Part shown: positions 10,601 through 20,630 of the stretch, in pieces
How the letters are laid out: the number at the start of each line of letters is the position of its first letter
How positions within the stretch are numbered: the stretch's first letter is position 1
NCBI GenBank assembly: GCA_963749155.1
Contig: CAVVLO010000002.1
Location: 160,001 to 224,000, forward strand
Length of the DNA: 64,000 nucleotides
Direction of reading: 5' to 3'
Source of the DNA: an uncultured Armatimonadia bacterium
GTDB taxonomy: Bacteria > Armatimonadota > Zipacnadia > CAVVLO01
Translations under genes and position numbers: made by a program
The notes under the pieces: generated by a model
What the model was told of the DNA's origin: nothing
Databases searched by the model: none
The model's input: the letters and a program-made list of their open reading frames with translations, nothing else

Positions 10601-11662
10601 ATGGCCACCAGGCGCAGGAAAGTCGGCACCAGTTCTACTCGGGGCCGTGGCAGCGCATCTCGCGCAAAGCCGCGCTCGGGCAGGGCCTTGCTGCTTACAA
10701 TTGTCATTGTTGTGCTTATGTGCGTCGTTTACGGCGCCTATGCGCAAAGTACTGGCCCAGTGCAAAAACTCCGACATTGGAGTATCTGGGCTCTTGACAA
10801 GCTGTTTGCAAAGAGCGCCCAGGCCTCTCGAGAAGTCACGCCTGCTCGGTCGAACCCGCCGGCTGACATCAATCCTCAATCTGGCAAAGTTAGCCTTGAC
10901 TCAACCGCTGTCCAGGCACCTGACACTGCCAGCAAGCAACCAAGCAAGGCGGCTCCTCCTCGCCCGGCTCACAGGCTGGTAATCGTCATCGATGACTGTG
11001 GTTACAACGAGCTTATCCTGCGCGAGCTGGCTGCTTTGGACCTGAAGCTAACCTATGCCTTCTTGCCAGATGGCTCTTGCACGCCGAAGATGGCCGCAGA
11101 GCTCTCGCGAGCTGGCCATTGTATTATGTTGCATATGCCGATGGAGCCACTTGCCAGTGACAAACTGGCGCTTGAACCTAGTACTCTGCGCTGCGGAATG
11201 GATGGGGAGCAGTTGGAGAACTTGCTTGAGCTAGCCCTTGCCAAGGTGCCGCAAGCCGAAGGGCTAAACAACCATATGGGTTCCAGAGCGACATGTGACC
11301 AACAGGTGACTGAAACACTGGCTCGGTTCCTGCGCAATAGAACAGGCCCCTCGGGCAATCCCTTGTTCTTGCTTGATAGTATGACTACCCCGAGTGGTTC
11401 CTCTTCGCTGATGCGCGCGGCAGCTTTACGTTTCGAGCTTCCTTTCCGGACTCGAGACGTTTTTCTGGACGATGAGCTGGACCCTGAAGCTATGACTCGC
11501 CAGGCTGAAGAAGCTCTCGAGGTAGCCAAAAACACCGGAGAGGCTATCCTGATTGGGCATGCGCGGCGTGAGACTTTAGAGTGGCTCCGGACTAACAGCA
11601 AGTTATTCCAGGAATCAGACGTTACTCTGATGGGGCTTACTGAGGCAATCTATGGCCTCTAG
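10601..11662 (+). CDS. Divergent polysaccharide deacetylase family protein (YibQ-like)
   Basis: IVIDDCG, LHMPMEP, GLNNHMGS, RDVFLD, LIGH. Confidence 0.9.
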   Translation: MATRRRKVGTSSTRGRGSASRAKPRSGRALLLTIVIVVLMCVVYGAYAQSTGPVQKLRHWSIWALDKLFAKSAQASREVTPARSNPPADINPQSGKVSLDSTAVQAPDTASKQPSKAAPPRPAHRLVIVIDDCGYNELILRELAALDLKLTYAFLPDGSCTPKMAAELSRAGHCIMLHMPMEPLASDKLALEPSTLRCGMDGEQLENLLELALAKVPQAEGLNNHMGSRATCDQQVTETLARFLRNRTGPSGNPLFLLDSMTTPSGSSSLMRAAALRFELPFRTRDVFLDDELDPEAMTRQAEEALEVAKNTGEAILIGHARRETLEWLRTNSKLFQESDVTLMGLTEAIYGL

Positions 11663-12587
11663 CAGGGAGGAGGGTATTATGGCAGCCGACCCATCCTTTG
11701 ACAGACATGAACTTGTGAGCAGATTCCGCCGCCAGATCAACCTGATGTGGCTGGTGATTTTGGTGCTGCTCCTACTCAACTTCATCCAGTTCAGCGGTAA
11801 GGGCAAGGTGGCCGCCATACTGGTTGATGGCACGCCTGTGGCCTATGTCGAAGACAAAGATGCCGCGGATGGGGTACTCGCCAGCGTGCTGGATTCTGTG
11901 AAATTCGATACCAAAGCAAGCGATGCCCGATTCTCGAACACAGTGCGAGTAGTGGCTGTAAGCAAGCGCAATGCCGACTCGCTAGATGATCAGAAAGGCG
12001 CAGAGGAAAAGCTCAAGCGTTATGCGAAGGTACTCGTCAATGCCTTCGTAGCGCAGAACAACCAGACGGGAGAACGGCTAGTGGCACTGCCTACCGTGGA
12101 TGCGGTGAAGGAGCTGCAGGCGCGCGTAAGCAGCGAAGCTGCCGCCAAGCAGTTACCTCCCAATCTGCAACCGCTTACTGATATCACCGAATCGAAGCAG
12201 TGGGTTGATAGCAACCTGGCCTTCGCGACAGTCGAGCAGGCTTACGCTTTTCTGTCAGGCGGGAAGCTGCCGGCTACACCAGCGCTCGATACGCCGACGC
12301 CCGTTGCTCCAGTCCCAGCAGACGACAACACTGCGACAACCGCTCCAGTTAAGCCTGCCCCCCAGCCTGTTGTCAGCAAGCCAGTAAAGCCGGCTACGCC
12401 AACGGTTACCCCTGCTCCTGCGCCGTCGGGAGGAGGCACCTATACGGTGAAAGAAGGCGACACAGCCTGGGGTATATGCAAGCGATTGAAGGTATCTCTC
12501 AGCACTTTGGAAAAGTTGAATCCGGGCGTAAATCTCGATATCCTTAAGCCTGGCGACAAGCTGAACCTGCCTGGTGGCACCAACTAG
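11652..12587 (+). CDS. Membrane-anchored LysM domain protein
   Basis: N-terminal TM, Pro/Thr linker, C-terminal YTVKEGDTAWGI..LEKLNP..LKPGDKLNLP. Confidence 0.8.
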   Translation: MASSREEGIMAADPSFDRHELVSRFRRQINLMWLVILVLLLLNFIQFSGKGKVAAILVDGTPVAYVEDKDAADGVLASVLDSVKFDTKASDARFSNTVRVVAVSKRNADSLDDQKGAEEKLKRYAKVLVNAFVAQNNQTGERLVALPTVDAVKELQARVSSEAAAKQLPPNLQPLTDITESKQWVDSNLAFATVEQAYAFLSGGKLPATPALDTPTPVAPVPADDNTATTAPVKPAPQPVVSKPVKPATPTVTPAPAPSGGGTYTVKEGDTAWGICKRLKVSLSTLEKLNPGVNLDILKPGDKLNLPGGTN

Positions 12588-12609
12588 AGTACCAGGAGAG
12601 GTCGGCGAA

Positions 12610-12639
12610 TTGACTAAGGTTTCGGCAGCATAGTATACT
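12610..12639 (+). promoter_or_regulatory. Sigma70-type promoter
   Basis: TTGACT-N18-TATACT upstream of the GGGGGAGG RBS of the 12689 gene. Confidence 0.5.
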
Positions 12640-12688
12640 GCCGTCATTCTTGGCGCTGTGGAGCCATTCCACTGGGGGAGGCACTTGT

Positions 12689-13957
12689 ATGCCGTTTTGT
12701 CCTCAATGCGGCGCTGAAAACGAGCCTGAAGACCGGTTCTGCGGCGCCTGTGGCTATAAATTGCACACGGGCGGTAAAGCTGCGGCTGGCAAGTCCGGAC
12801 GGTTAGCGCGTGGTGAACGCGCTGCTAGCGAGGACGAGTCCCTGCTCGAATCAGCTGAAGAGGAAGCGCCTTCCGCGCTGCAGTATTCGAGCGCCAGAAG
12901 CTTCCTGCTGCACTATATGCGTCCCATTGGAGAAGGCCTTGGCGTATGCCTGGTGCTGGGCCTGCTCTATATCATCATCGGAGTCAAGCTTTCCAAGGTA
13001 TACCTTCCCCTTGAGACCATCTACAGCCCACTGCTTATGGGCACGGAAGAAGGCTCCAACCTGGGGGGCATCCTGGTCTGGCTTGCTATTTTCGGCGTCG
13101 GAGCAGCCTGGGCGGCGCGGGAAACCAAAGAGAACGGTTTCCTGTGTGGAGGCATCGCCGGTTTTCTGGCAGGGGCTATCTTCTCACTTGTCGAGGATCT
13201 GGTCTTCGACTGGGCTACCGCTTCTTTCCAGCATACCCTTGGCGCTGCAATGTGTGGAATGGCAATTGGCTTGCTGGTAGGACTTGTGGCCAGCCTGGTC
13301 GGTAGTCCTGCCCTCGTGCGCTTCCCGGCCAGGGCCAGGCAGAGCGCCCTGATTGCGCTAATTGTGCTGGTAGGAATGCTTATTGTCTTTGTAAACTTGC
13401 CCGAAATGGAAGGCACAAGAGCCTATGTACTGGGCAACAAGTTCCAGGAATACGGGCTCTTCAACGCCGCGATTCTGAAGTATGACTATGCGCATCGACA
13501 GGATCCGATGGATGTCAACATCCTCAATGACTGGGGAGTGGCCCTGAAGCAGGTACGCAAACCTGAGGAAGCCATTGCCGTCTGGGAACAGGCAGCCAGA
13601 TGGAATCCCAGTCGCGCTGACATACATCACAACCTGGGCATTGCTTACCATGAATTGTCACGCGTCGCGGATGCGATGAATCAGTATAAACTGGCAATAG
13701 CCTCAGACCCTGAGGATATGATAGCGCGCTACAACCTGGGTATCGCCTATGTTCACAAAGGGCAATTTGACCTGGCTGAACAGACCTTCAACGAATTGCT
13801 TACGGTCGATCCTGAAAACACCGACGCCAAGGCTGCTCTGGAAGCTGTCGCCAAGCGTCGAGCAGCCGCCGAGGCACTCGAAAGTGAAGAAACCTCGGGC
13901 GACTCGTCGGATGAGGAAGACCAGAATGAGGAGGACTTATACAACGACGAAGACTAG
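12689..13957 (+). CDS. Zinc-ribbon, multi-TM and TPR protein with acidic tail
   Basis: FCPQCG..FCGACG; about 5 TM helices; TPR motifs HHNLGIAY and YNLGIAY; ATG at 12689 follows a GGAGG RBS. Confidence 0.75.
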   Translation: MPFCPQCGAENEPEDRFCGACGYKLHTGGKAAAGKSGRLARGERAASEDESLLESAEEEAPSALQYSSARSFLLHYMRPIGEGLGVCLVLGLLYIIIGVKLSKVYLPLETIYSPLLMGTEEGSNLGGILVWLAIFGVGAAWAARETKENGFLCGGIAGFLAGAIFSLVEDLVFDWATASFQHTLGAAMCGMAIGLLVGLVASLVGSPALVRFPARARQSALIALIVLVGMLIVFVNLPEMEGTRAYVLGNKFQEYGLFNAAILKYDYAHRQDPMDVNILNDWGVALKQVRKPEEAIAVWEQAARWNPSRADIHHNLGIAYHELSRVADAMNQYKLAIASDPEDMIARYNLGIAYVHKGQFDLAEQTFNELLTVDPENTDAKAALEAVAKRRAAAEALESEETSGDSSDEEDQNEEDLYNDED

Positions 13958-13980
13958 CCTTGATCCTCAAAGCAAGCCCA

Positions 13981-14016
13981 GCAGATGCCCGGGGTCCTGG
14001 CCTCGGGCATTTCTGC
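13981..14016 (+). terminator. Stem-loop after the TPR gene
   Basis: GCAGATGCCCGGGG / CCTCGGGCATTTCTGC imperfect inverted repeat. Confidence 0.4.
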
Positions 14017-14036
14017 ACCCGCAGGGGGAGTGACTT

Positions 14037-14534
14037 ATGACCGACAAAGAAAAACAGATTGTGATAGCCGAGTTGCTGGAGCCGAATTCAAGGCTGAGCG
14101 TGGAGGACATCGCCCTTCGCTCAGGGCTGCCCGCAGAGGAAGTCGCCCATCTTATCGAGCATATGGAGCAGCAGCGCATAATCGTGAAGTACAAGACGAT
14201 TATCAACTGGGAAGCTTTGCGCGATGAGCAGGCTTATGCCTTCATCTCGGTTAAGAGTTCGCCAGAGCCGGAACTGGGCTTTGAGGGCATCGCCGAGCGC
14301 ATCTACAGCTATCCTGAAGTCCACTCCTTGTATCTTTGCTCGGGTGACTTCGACTTTATGGTAGTTGTCGAGGGGCGCACAATGAAGGAAGTGGCCTATT
14401 TCGTTGCTGAACGCCTTTCGCCCATCAAAGAGGTTACCAGCACGCGCACCCAGTTCGTGCTCAAGAAATACAAGATGGATGGCGAACTCCTGGTGCCAGG
14501 CCGTCAGGACAGGAGGTTGCCAGTATCGCCATGA
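14037..14534 (+). CDS. Lrp/AsnC family transcriptional regulator (YugG-like)
   Basis: N-terminal HTH; IAERIYSYPEVHSLYLCSGDFD and THF-like TQFVLKKYK motifs. Confidence 0.9.
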   Translation: MTDKEKQIVIAELLEPNSRLSVEDIALRSGLPAEEVAHLIEHMEQQRIIVKYKTIINWEALRDEQAYAFISVKSSPEPELGFEGIAERIYSYPEVHSLYLCSGDFDFMVVVEGRTMKEVAYFVAERLSPIKEVTSTRTQFVLKKYKMDGELLVPGRQDRRLPVSP

Positions 14535-15694
14535 GCAGACCTGACCGGATAGCCAAAATGGTGAGTGAGATGGCCCCCTCAGGCATCAGGGCCTTCTTTG
14601 ACCTGGTGGTAGGCAAACCCAATGTCATAAAGCTGGCAGTGGGCGAGCCGGATTTTTCGCCTCCCTGGCATGTCATAGAAGCGGTCATCGATTCGCTGTA
14701 TGCGGGTTTCACCTCCTATTCGTCCAACCAGGGTTTGCTGCGCCTAAGGGAAGAGATTGCTCAATATCTCGATTCCAGGTTCGGCATAATGGTGGATCCT
14801 GAGAAACAGGTGCTAGTTACGACTGGCGTAAGCGAGGCAATCGATATTGCCCTTCGAGCGCTACTTGAGCCTGGCGATGAGGTTATCGTCACCCAGCCTT
14901 GTTATGTCTCCTATGCGCCTTGTGTGGAACTTGCTTACGGCAAGCCAGTGATAATCGAATGCCGCCCAGAAGACGGCTGGCAGGTAGATCCTGAGCGGCT
15001 GGAAGCCGCCTGCAACGAGCGCACAAAGGCCCTGTTAATCAACTACCCCTGCAATCCAACAGGGGCTACACTTTCGAAAGAAGTCCTTGAACGCCTGGTT
15101 GAACTGGCTGTCAAGTGGGACTTCGTAATTTTGAGTGACGAGGTCTATGCGGAGCTGACTTTCGAGGGCGATCATACCGCAGTGGGCAGCCTGCCTGGCG
15201 CAGCCGACCATGTGCTTACTCTTAGTGGCTTCTCCAAGGCCTGGGCAATGACTGGGCTGAGACTTGGTTATGCGGCAGGGCCGACCGATATAATCGCCGC
15301 GATGACCAAAATCCACCAGTATACGATGCTCTGCGCGCCCATTACCGCCCAGATTGGCGGGATAGAAGCCCTCGCCGGGCCAAGTGATGAGATGCGTCAG
15401 CAACTGCGCGAATATGGCAGGCGACGCCGAGTCTTCTGCGCAGGGCTCAAAGAACTTGGTTTCCCCCTGGTAGAGCCAAGCGGAACCTTCTACGCTTTCC
15501 CGGATATCCGGTGGACGGGGCTCTCTTCCCAGGAGTTTTGCAAACAGCTATTGATGGAGAAAGAAGTAGCCACAGTGCCTGGAGATGCCTTTGGGACAGC
15601 GGGCGATGGTTACATCAGATGCGCCTTCGCAACGTCCATCGGGCAACTCGAGGAAGCCCTTCGGAGAATCAAGGACTTCCTCGCCGCCCTCTAG
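14531..15694 (+). CDS. Class I/II PLP-dependent aminotransferase (YugH-like)
   Basis: PSGIRAFFD, VGEPDF, NPTG, SDEVY, GFSKAWAMTGLRLGY. Confidence 0.92.
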   Translation: MSRPDRIAKMVSEMAPSGIRAFFDLVVGKPNVIKLAVGEPDFSPPWHVIEAVIDSLYAGFTSYSSNQGLLRLREEIAQYLDSRFGIMVDPEKQVLVTTGVSEAIDIALRALLEPGDEVIVTQPCYVSYAPCVELAYGKPVIIECRPEDGWQVDPERLEAACNERTKALLINYPCNPTGATLSKEVLERLVELAVKWDFVILSDEVYAELTFEGDHTAVGSLPGAADHVLTLSGFSKAWAMTGLRLGYAAGPTDIIAAMTKIHQYTMLCAPITAQIGGIEALAGPSDEMRQQLREYGRRRRVFCAGLKELGFPLVEPSGTFYAFPDIRWTGLSSQEFCKQLLMEKEVATVPGDAFGTAGDGYIRCAFATSIGQLEEALRRIKDFLAAL

Positions 15695-15709
15695 ATCACG
15701 CTCTTGTTA

Positions 15710-17044
15710 TTACCAGAGCGAGGTCTCGTAACGATACTGCACTTCGGTCTGAGGCCGTTCGTCCTCAGGCGCTTCGACCTGAAGCATCAACCGATGCTTC
15801 GAGTCTTTGCTGCCGCCTAGTTGCAGGCCGAACTCCCAGTCTTCTTGGTCGTTGTACTCGTTCTGCTCTAGTTGGATTGTCAGTTGGAACAGCGAACTCC
15901 GAGCCAGCTCGAGTCGTGAGGTTAGCAGGTTGTCAGACTGCGCCCACTCGCCCGAGGCTGTGGCATCAATCCCAAACACGTTGAACAGGCGCAGTTTGCC
16001 TGTATAGGTGTCCTCGACCAGGTCGGCATAAGGACTCTCGTCGCGCTGGAAGCCCAGCTCCAGACGCCCTTTCTCCAGTTCAAACCGGTAGTCCCGGCGC
16101 TCGAGGCCGGCACTGGCCAGGGTGTCTTTCAGAGCCACCTCGGCGTTGAAGTCCAGCCCCAGCAAGGAAGTTCGTCCACCATAGCGCGCTTTGCGTTCTG
16201 TCTGGCTCTGCGCGAGCTCGCCCTGGAGCAACAGGTCAGAAACTGGTTTTGTATCCAGCTTCACCTTATAGGTAGGTGAACCAAATACAGAACCTATACT
16301 TGCGTCCCATCCCAGCGATTCGCTACCGCGCGGTGTATAAGCGAGTTCCCAGAGCTCGCCGCGCACAGAGTCACGCTGGGCGAGGACCGCAATTACTCCA
16401 TCAGCGGTCCGGCGATTATAGGCTGCGCCCAGCAACTGACTGCCCTGGAGCTGACTGTAAGTTAGTCCTGTATTGGACCGGCTGCTTTTTTGCATATAAG
16501 CAAAGCTCTTTTCAATCTTGGTCGAGTTACTCCACCTTGCATCAAAGCTCTTGCCTTGGCCAAGGCTCGAAGTCAGAGTAAAGACATCGCTGCCACTGGC
16601 GGCTGGACTTCCCCGGAATCCCAGTTTCGTTCTGCTGCCAAGTGCCAGTTCACTGGACCAGGTTTCAGTTGTGCTTGCGCCATGACCTTGCAAGGTGCGC
16701 GTCAGGTTGAATTGCTGTTTGGGCAGCGAAAGCTGCAGCGTCCGAGTGTCTTCGCCCTCTTCCCGGTAACCAAGCACCGAAGAGCCATACGGGTGGAAAA
16801 CAAGCCCCAGTGATTCAGGCTGGCTTGCCCCTGTAAGCTCGCTAGTAGCCCCTTCTCGCTCGAAGCTCCAGTTCGTATCCAGTTCGAAGGAGCCAGTATT
16901 CAGTTGAAACTGGGTGGTGGCCTTATCGCTGGTATAGTTTTGAACCGAGGCGGCAAGCCCAGTTGGCGCTCCGGACGGTTCATCCGAGAAGCCTGGTAAG
17001 GCCAGGTAGCATACTAGTACTAGAATAAGAAGCCCTTTGGTCAT
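15710..17044 (-). CDS. Exported beta-strand-rich hypothetical protein (possible beta-barrel)
   Basis: GGAGGTG RBS before ATG 17044; signal peptide; alternating-pattern strands; ends YRYETSLW. Confidence 0.6.
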   Translation of the reverse strand: MTKGLLILVLVCYLALPGFSDEPSGAPTGLAASVQNYTSDKATTQFQLNTGSFELDTNWSFEREGATSELTGASQPESLGLVFHPYGSSVLGYREEGEDTRTLQLSLPKQQFNLTRTLQGHGASTTETWSSELALGSRTKLGFRGSPAASGSDVFTLTSSLGQGKSFDARWSNSTKIEKSFAYMQKSSRSNTGLTYSQLQGSQLLGAAYNRRTADGVIAVLAQRDSVRGELWELAYTPRGSESLGWDASIGSVFGSPTYKVKLDTKPVSDLLLQGELAQSQTERKARYGGRTSLLGLDFNAEVALKDTLASAGLERRDYRFELEKGRLELGFQRDESPYADLVEDTYTGKLRLFNVFGIDATASGEWAQSDNLLTSRLELARSSLFQLTIQLEQNEYNDQEDWEFGLQLGGSKDSKHRLMLQVEAPEDERPQTEVQYRYETSLW

Positions 17045-17139
17045 CTTGCTCACCTCCCTTTAGCTGGTTGGCAAAGCAAAGACGAGCCTGCTTGGCGGCT
17101 CGTCTCACGCACTGCCTTCCTGAGTATTTAGACACCACT

Positions 17140-18558
17140 CTAGCCTGCGGGTTGCTGCTCCTTGTCACTGTGCTTGACTGGCAACCAAACGCTGAAAGTT
17201 GAGCCTTCCCCTTCTTTGCTGGATAAGGCCAGGCGACCTCCATGATGCTCCACCAGTTTTTTTACAAGGGGCAATCCAAGACCGGTGCCTTTCTTCTTTC
17301 TGGCGCTTTCGGTACGGAAATAGGGTTCGAAGACTTTCGCCATATCGCTTTCGCCAATCCCAAATCCCTGGTCCTCGACCTCTACACGCGCCTCGTCATC
17401 CTCCAGGGCAAGTCGGACCGTCACGGTCGTATTGCTGGGCGAATACTTGATAGCATTAGTGACAAGGTTCGTGATAACGAGTTGGATACGAGGCTCATCG
17501 GCTTCGATATGAAGCCCCTTCGCCTCTGCAGCCACTTCGTAGACAAGCTCATGTTCGTTGGCATAAAGGCCGTGACGTTCTACGAAATGGTCCAGTAAAG
17601 CGTCCAGGTCGAAAGCCGTTATGTTCAGTCTAAGAGACTTGCCCGATTCGATCTGGGACAGGTCCAGGAACCCATTAATCATCTGGGTCAGGCGGTCGAC
17701 CTCGTCCATCATCATCTGAAGGAACTGGGCCTGACGCGCGCCTTCGAGCCGCTGGTCCAAAATGCTGGAAGCTACAAACTTGAGGGTCGTAAGGGGGCTC
17801 TTCAGCTCATGCGACACGAAGGAAACAGCCTCACTCTTCATTCGTGAAAGCCGCTCCAGCTCCGTGACATCCGTGAAGACAACAACTCGTCCAAGCCAGG
17901 AGCCATTGCTTCCCCCGATATCCTCAACGCCTGCCTGGACGAAGGTCTCGCCAGTCTGGAGAACCCGGTTTTCCGGCAAGTTGCCTGTAGCAATTACTGT
18001 GAGTAGCTCCTTGTCTTTGATCGATTCTTGTGCAACAGGACGACCAGCCTTCGGTGGGTCAATGCCAAGCAAGCGACAGGCAAAATCGTTGGCTATTACC
18101 ATTTGGTTCGCAGAGTTGGTAACCACAAGCCCATCGGGCATCAGGTCTACGATTGCCTCGAGCTGGGTCTCCAGCAATCTAGCCCTGGCAGCGATCCGGG
18201 CGCGCTCGGCTTCCAGCTCGATGCGTTGCTTTTCCATACTGCTCTTGGCGGCCTGGTAAGCGGCAGTCGCCTGGTTGACGAGACTACGCACCTCGGCATC
18301 AGACGTCAAAGTGAAGACTGCGCGCCCCCCTTCCCCATGACGTTCCAGCAAGCCAGCGGCCACCAGTTCACTGGCTTCGAGGTCAAGCTGGGCAGGCTCG
18401 GCGCCTATCCAGATAGCCAAGGATTCGGCGGTGTCTATTGTGCCCGGATTAGCATCCAGAAAAGCTACCAACTCGAGTTTGACCAGCGAGTCGAGATGCT
18501 CTTCCAGGAATTGGGCTATCTCGCTTGCTTTTTCACTTTTGCGTGATTTGGCTGTCAT
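17140..18558 (-). CDS. Cytoplasmic histidine kinase: N-terminal winged-helix-like domain, coiled coil, PAS, HisKA, HATPase
   Basis: VSHELKSPLT H-box, NLVTNAIKYS, DQGFGI, GTGLGL; PAS MPDGLVVTN; ATG at 18558 directly after the KaiC stop. Confidence 0.88.
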   Translation of the reverse strand: MTAKSRKSEKASEIAQFLEEHLDSLVKLELVAFLDANPGTIDTAESLAIWIGAEPAQLDLEASELVAAGLLERHGEGGRAVFTLTSDAEVRSLVNQATAAYQAAKSSMEKQRIELEAERARIAARARLLETQLEAIVDLMPDGLVVTNSANQMVIANDFACRLLGIDPPKAGRPVAQESIKDKELLTVIATGNLPENRVLQTGETFVQAGVEDIGGSNGSWLGRVVVFTDVTELERLSRMKSEAVSFVSHELKSPLTTLKFVASSILDQRLEGARQAQFLQMMMDEVDRLTQMINGFLDLSQIESGKSLRLNITAFDLDALLDHFVERHGLYANEHELVYEVAAEAKGLHIEADEPRIQLVITNLVTNAIKYSPSNTTVTVRLALEDDEARVEVEDQGFGIGESDMAKVFEPYFRTESARKKKGTGLGLPLVKKLVEHHGGRLALSSKEGEGSTFSVWLPVKHSDKEQQPAG

Positions 18559-18559
18559 A

Positions 18560-19936
18560 TCAGGCAGGGAGTATCCTGACTCCTTCATTACTGATCTCAA
18601 ACTGCCGAACGCGCATATCCGCGGCACTGGTGCGCATCTTGGGTATGGAAAGCTGTCGCTTTATCACACCTTGCTCCTCCACCAGACGCATTTCGAGGAT
18701 AGTATCTATCGCCATTCCCGCTAGCTCATAGCCGCGGTCTTCCCCACCGAAATTTTCATGGGTCAGTATCGAGGTAATGCCTTGCTGCTCGAAAGTGCTC
18801 ACCAGGCTGTAAATCCAGTTGCGAAGCTCGGTGGGAGAGGCAGTGTTGGCCTCGATTACATTGAGTCCGTCCACTACTACTCGTTTGATTTCAAGTTCGC
18901 GTACAGAATCCTGGATCTCCCAGAAGAGCCGGTTCACATTGAGATCAGCCGAGGGAGCCGCCAAAACGCGGAATTTCTCACTTTTGATAAAGTCTCGCAG
19001 ATAACCGAATCCCTCAGCCATCTGGAATATCTTGTATAACCGCTCATCCAGGGAGACAAACAGGCAAGACTCTTCCTGCTGGACGCCCTCATGCAGAAAT
19101 TGCAAGCCCAGACTGCTCTTGCCTGCACCAGGGGGGCCACTCACGAGGCCACAGAAACCTTGTATTAGGCCCCCGCTCAGCATCTCGTCCAGCCCAGCGC
19201 AGCCTGTCGAGACGCGCTCCAGCGGATTGCCGATGATCTCTTCGCGAGGGGGTTGGGGATTGGGATAGACAACAAGCCCCGAATCGGAGAAATCAAGGGG
19301 ATGTTTGCCCGAAATGTGCTCCTGTCCACGCGTCTTTACAATCTCGACGCACCGCTGCCGCCTCATCCGTTTGGGACTCGGATCATAACTCACCACGAGT
19401 ACGGCATCGGCGGTATAAGCCTCAAAAGAGATTGGCGAATCGTGTTCAAGTGAGAGTTCCTTGGTAAGGAAAGCTGTGAGATTGCGCTTTTTGAAGCCAT
19501 TGAGGAAGCTGTTCATTATCTCGCGCAATCTTACTGTCTCGAGTTCCAGCCGTTCAAAATGAGTGACGCTATCCACCAGGATGCGTCGAGCGCCAATCTC
19601 ATCCATCACGACATCCAGCATACCGCCTGGTTCCTGGATTTGTTCGTTGAAGACTTCAGGTGATGTACTGATGACCCTGAGTTTATCTTCGTCCTCAAGC
19701 GCCCTCAGATCCCAGCCGAACTGGGCCGCATCACGATAAAGCTGTTCAGGAAACTGCTCGAAAGTCACGATGATGCCAGGTTCGTCCAGCTCGGAGGCGC
19801 CGTGATAGACAAATTGTAGACCGAGGGTTGTCTTGCCGGTGCCTGGCGCGCCTTCTATCAAGAGGCTATGCCCCTCGATTAGCCCACCTAAAAATAGTTC
19901 GTCCAGGCCTTTGATGCCCAGGGGTAGCTTGCCCAT
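18560..19936 (-). CDS. KaiC-like double-domain RecA-superfamily ATPase (#4)
   Basis: GIKGLDELFLGG, GAPGTGKT, KTRG; second domain TGCAGLDEMLSGG, GPPGAGKS, KMRT; AGGAG RBS before ATG 19936. Confidence 0.9.
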   Translation of the reverse strand: MGKLPLGIKGLDELFLGGLIEGHSLLIEGAPGTGKTTLGLQFVYHGASELDEPGIIVTFEQFPEQLYRDAAQFGWDLRALEDEDKLRVISTSPEVFNEQIQEPGGMLDVVMDEIGARRILVDSVTHFERLELETVRLREIMNSFLNGFKKRNLTAFLTKELSLEHDSPISFEAYTADAVLVVSYDPSPKRMRRQRCVEIVKTRGQEHISGKHPLDFSDSGLVVYPNPQPPREEIIGNPLERVSTGCAGLDEMLSGGLIQGFCGLVSGPPGAGKSSLGLQFLHEGVQQEESCLFVSLDERLYKIFQMAEGFGYLRDFIKSEKFRVLAAPSADLNVNRLFWEIQDSVRELEIKRVVVDGLNVIEANTASPTELRNWIYSLVSTFEQQGITSILTHENFGGEDRGYELAGMAIDTILEMRLVEEQGVIKRQLSIPKMRTSAADMRVRQFEISNEGVRILPA

Positions 19937-19949
19937 GCAGTTTCTTCTC

Positions 19950-20282
19950 CTATTTCCTGCCGTTGAACTCCAACAACTTGGCCAAACGCAGCCTGCCGTC
20001 AGAATCCAGGAGCTGGGCGAGAAACTCTCCAACCAGCTCTCGGGCCTCGCGGTCGCGTGTATAACGGAAAACTGGATTATCCGAAGCCGAACACTGCAGC
20101 AACCCGGTAGAGGCCATCTGCTCCAGCACGGATTCCAGCAACTCGGGATTGCGTCCTATCCAGTGCGCCAAGCCCCGGCTGGTATCCATAGCCGAAGGAT
20201 TGTGATGGAAGTATGCAAGCACTTCCACCGCAATCACCGAACTACCAATCTGCCCAACATACTGAGCGAGTTGTTCTTTCAT
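19950..20282 (-). CDS. Small winged-helix-like protein (NPxxxDT..LA.WIG family)
   Basis: FHHNPSAMDTSRGLAHWIG...GLL...VFRYTRD; similar to 20340-20630 and to the kinase N-terminus. Confidence 0.75.
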   Translation of the reverse strand: MKEQLAQYVGQIGSSVIAVEVLAYFHHNPSAMDTSRGLAHWIGRNPELLESVLEQMASTGLLQCSASDNPVFRYTRDREARELVGEFLAQLLDSDGRLRLAKLLEFNGRK

Positions 20283-20339
20283 AAGACATACTTCCTGCAT
20301 TGGTCCTGCTCCATCCAGGCTGGCCTGCGACCTTCCAAC

Positions 20340-20630
20340 CTAGCGCGCTGCCAACACCGTCGAGACTAGCTGGCGCAGCGTTTTATCCTTGGTATAGCTA
20401 TAAATCGGAGGCCTGGTAACACCGGCCGTTGCTCTTATTTGTACGAGGCCCTTCTCTGCCAGAAGCTCCAGTTCATCGCGCACTGACTGCTCGCTTTGGC
20501 CTAGTCTTACAGCGATGCCCCGAGCATAATCCATCGTGAAGGGATTACGCTCAAAGAAATTCAGGACGCCCACACACCCCTGGGCGTCATCCTGCTCAAG
20601 CCAGTTTCTGAGTGTCTCCTCGGTCATCAA
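20340..20630 (-). CDS. Small winged-helix-like protein (paralog)
   Basis: FFERNPFTMDYARGIAVRLG...GLV...IYSYTKD; start overlaps the upstream stop (TTGATGA). Confidence 0.75.
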   Translation of the reverse strand: MMTEETLRNWLEQDDAQGCVGVLNFFERNPFTMDYARGIAVRLGQSEQSVRDELELLAEKGLVQIRATAGVTRPPIYSYTKDKTLRQLVSTVLAAR

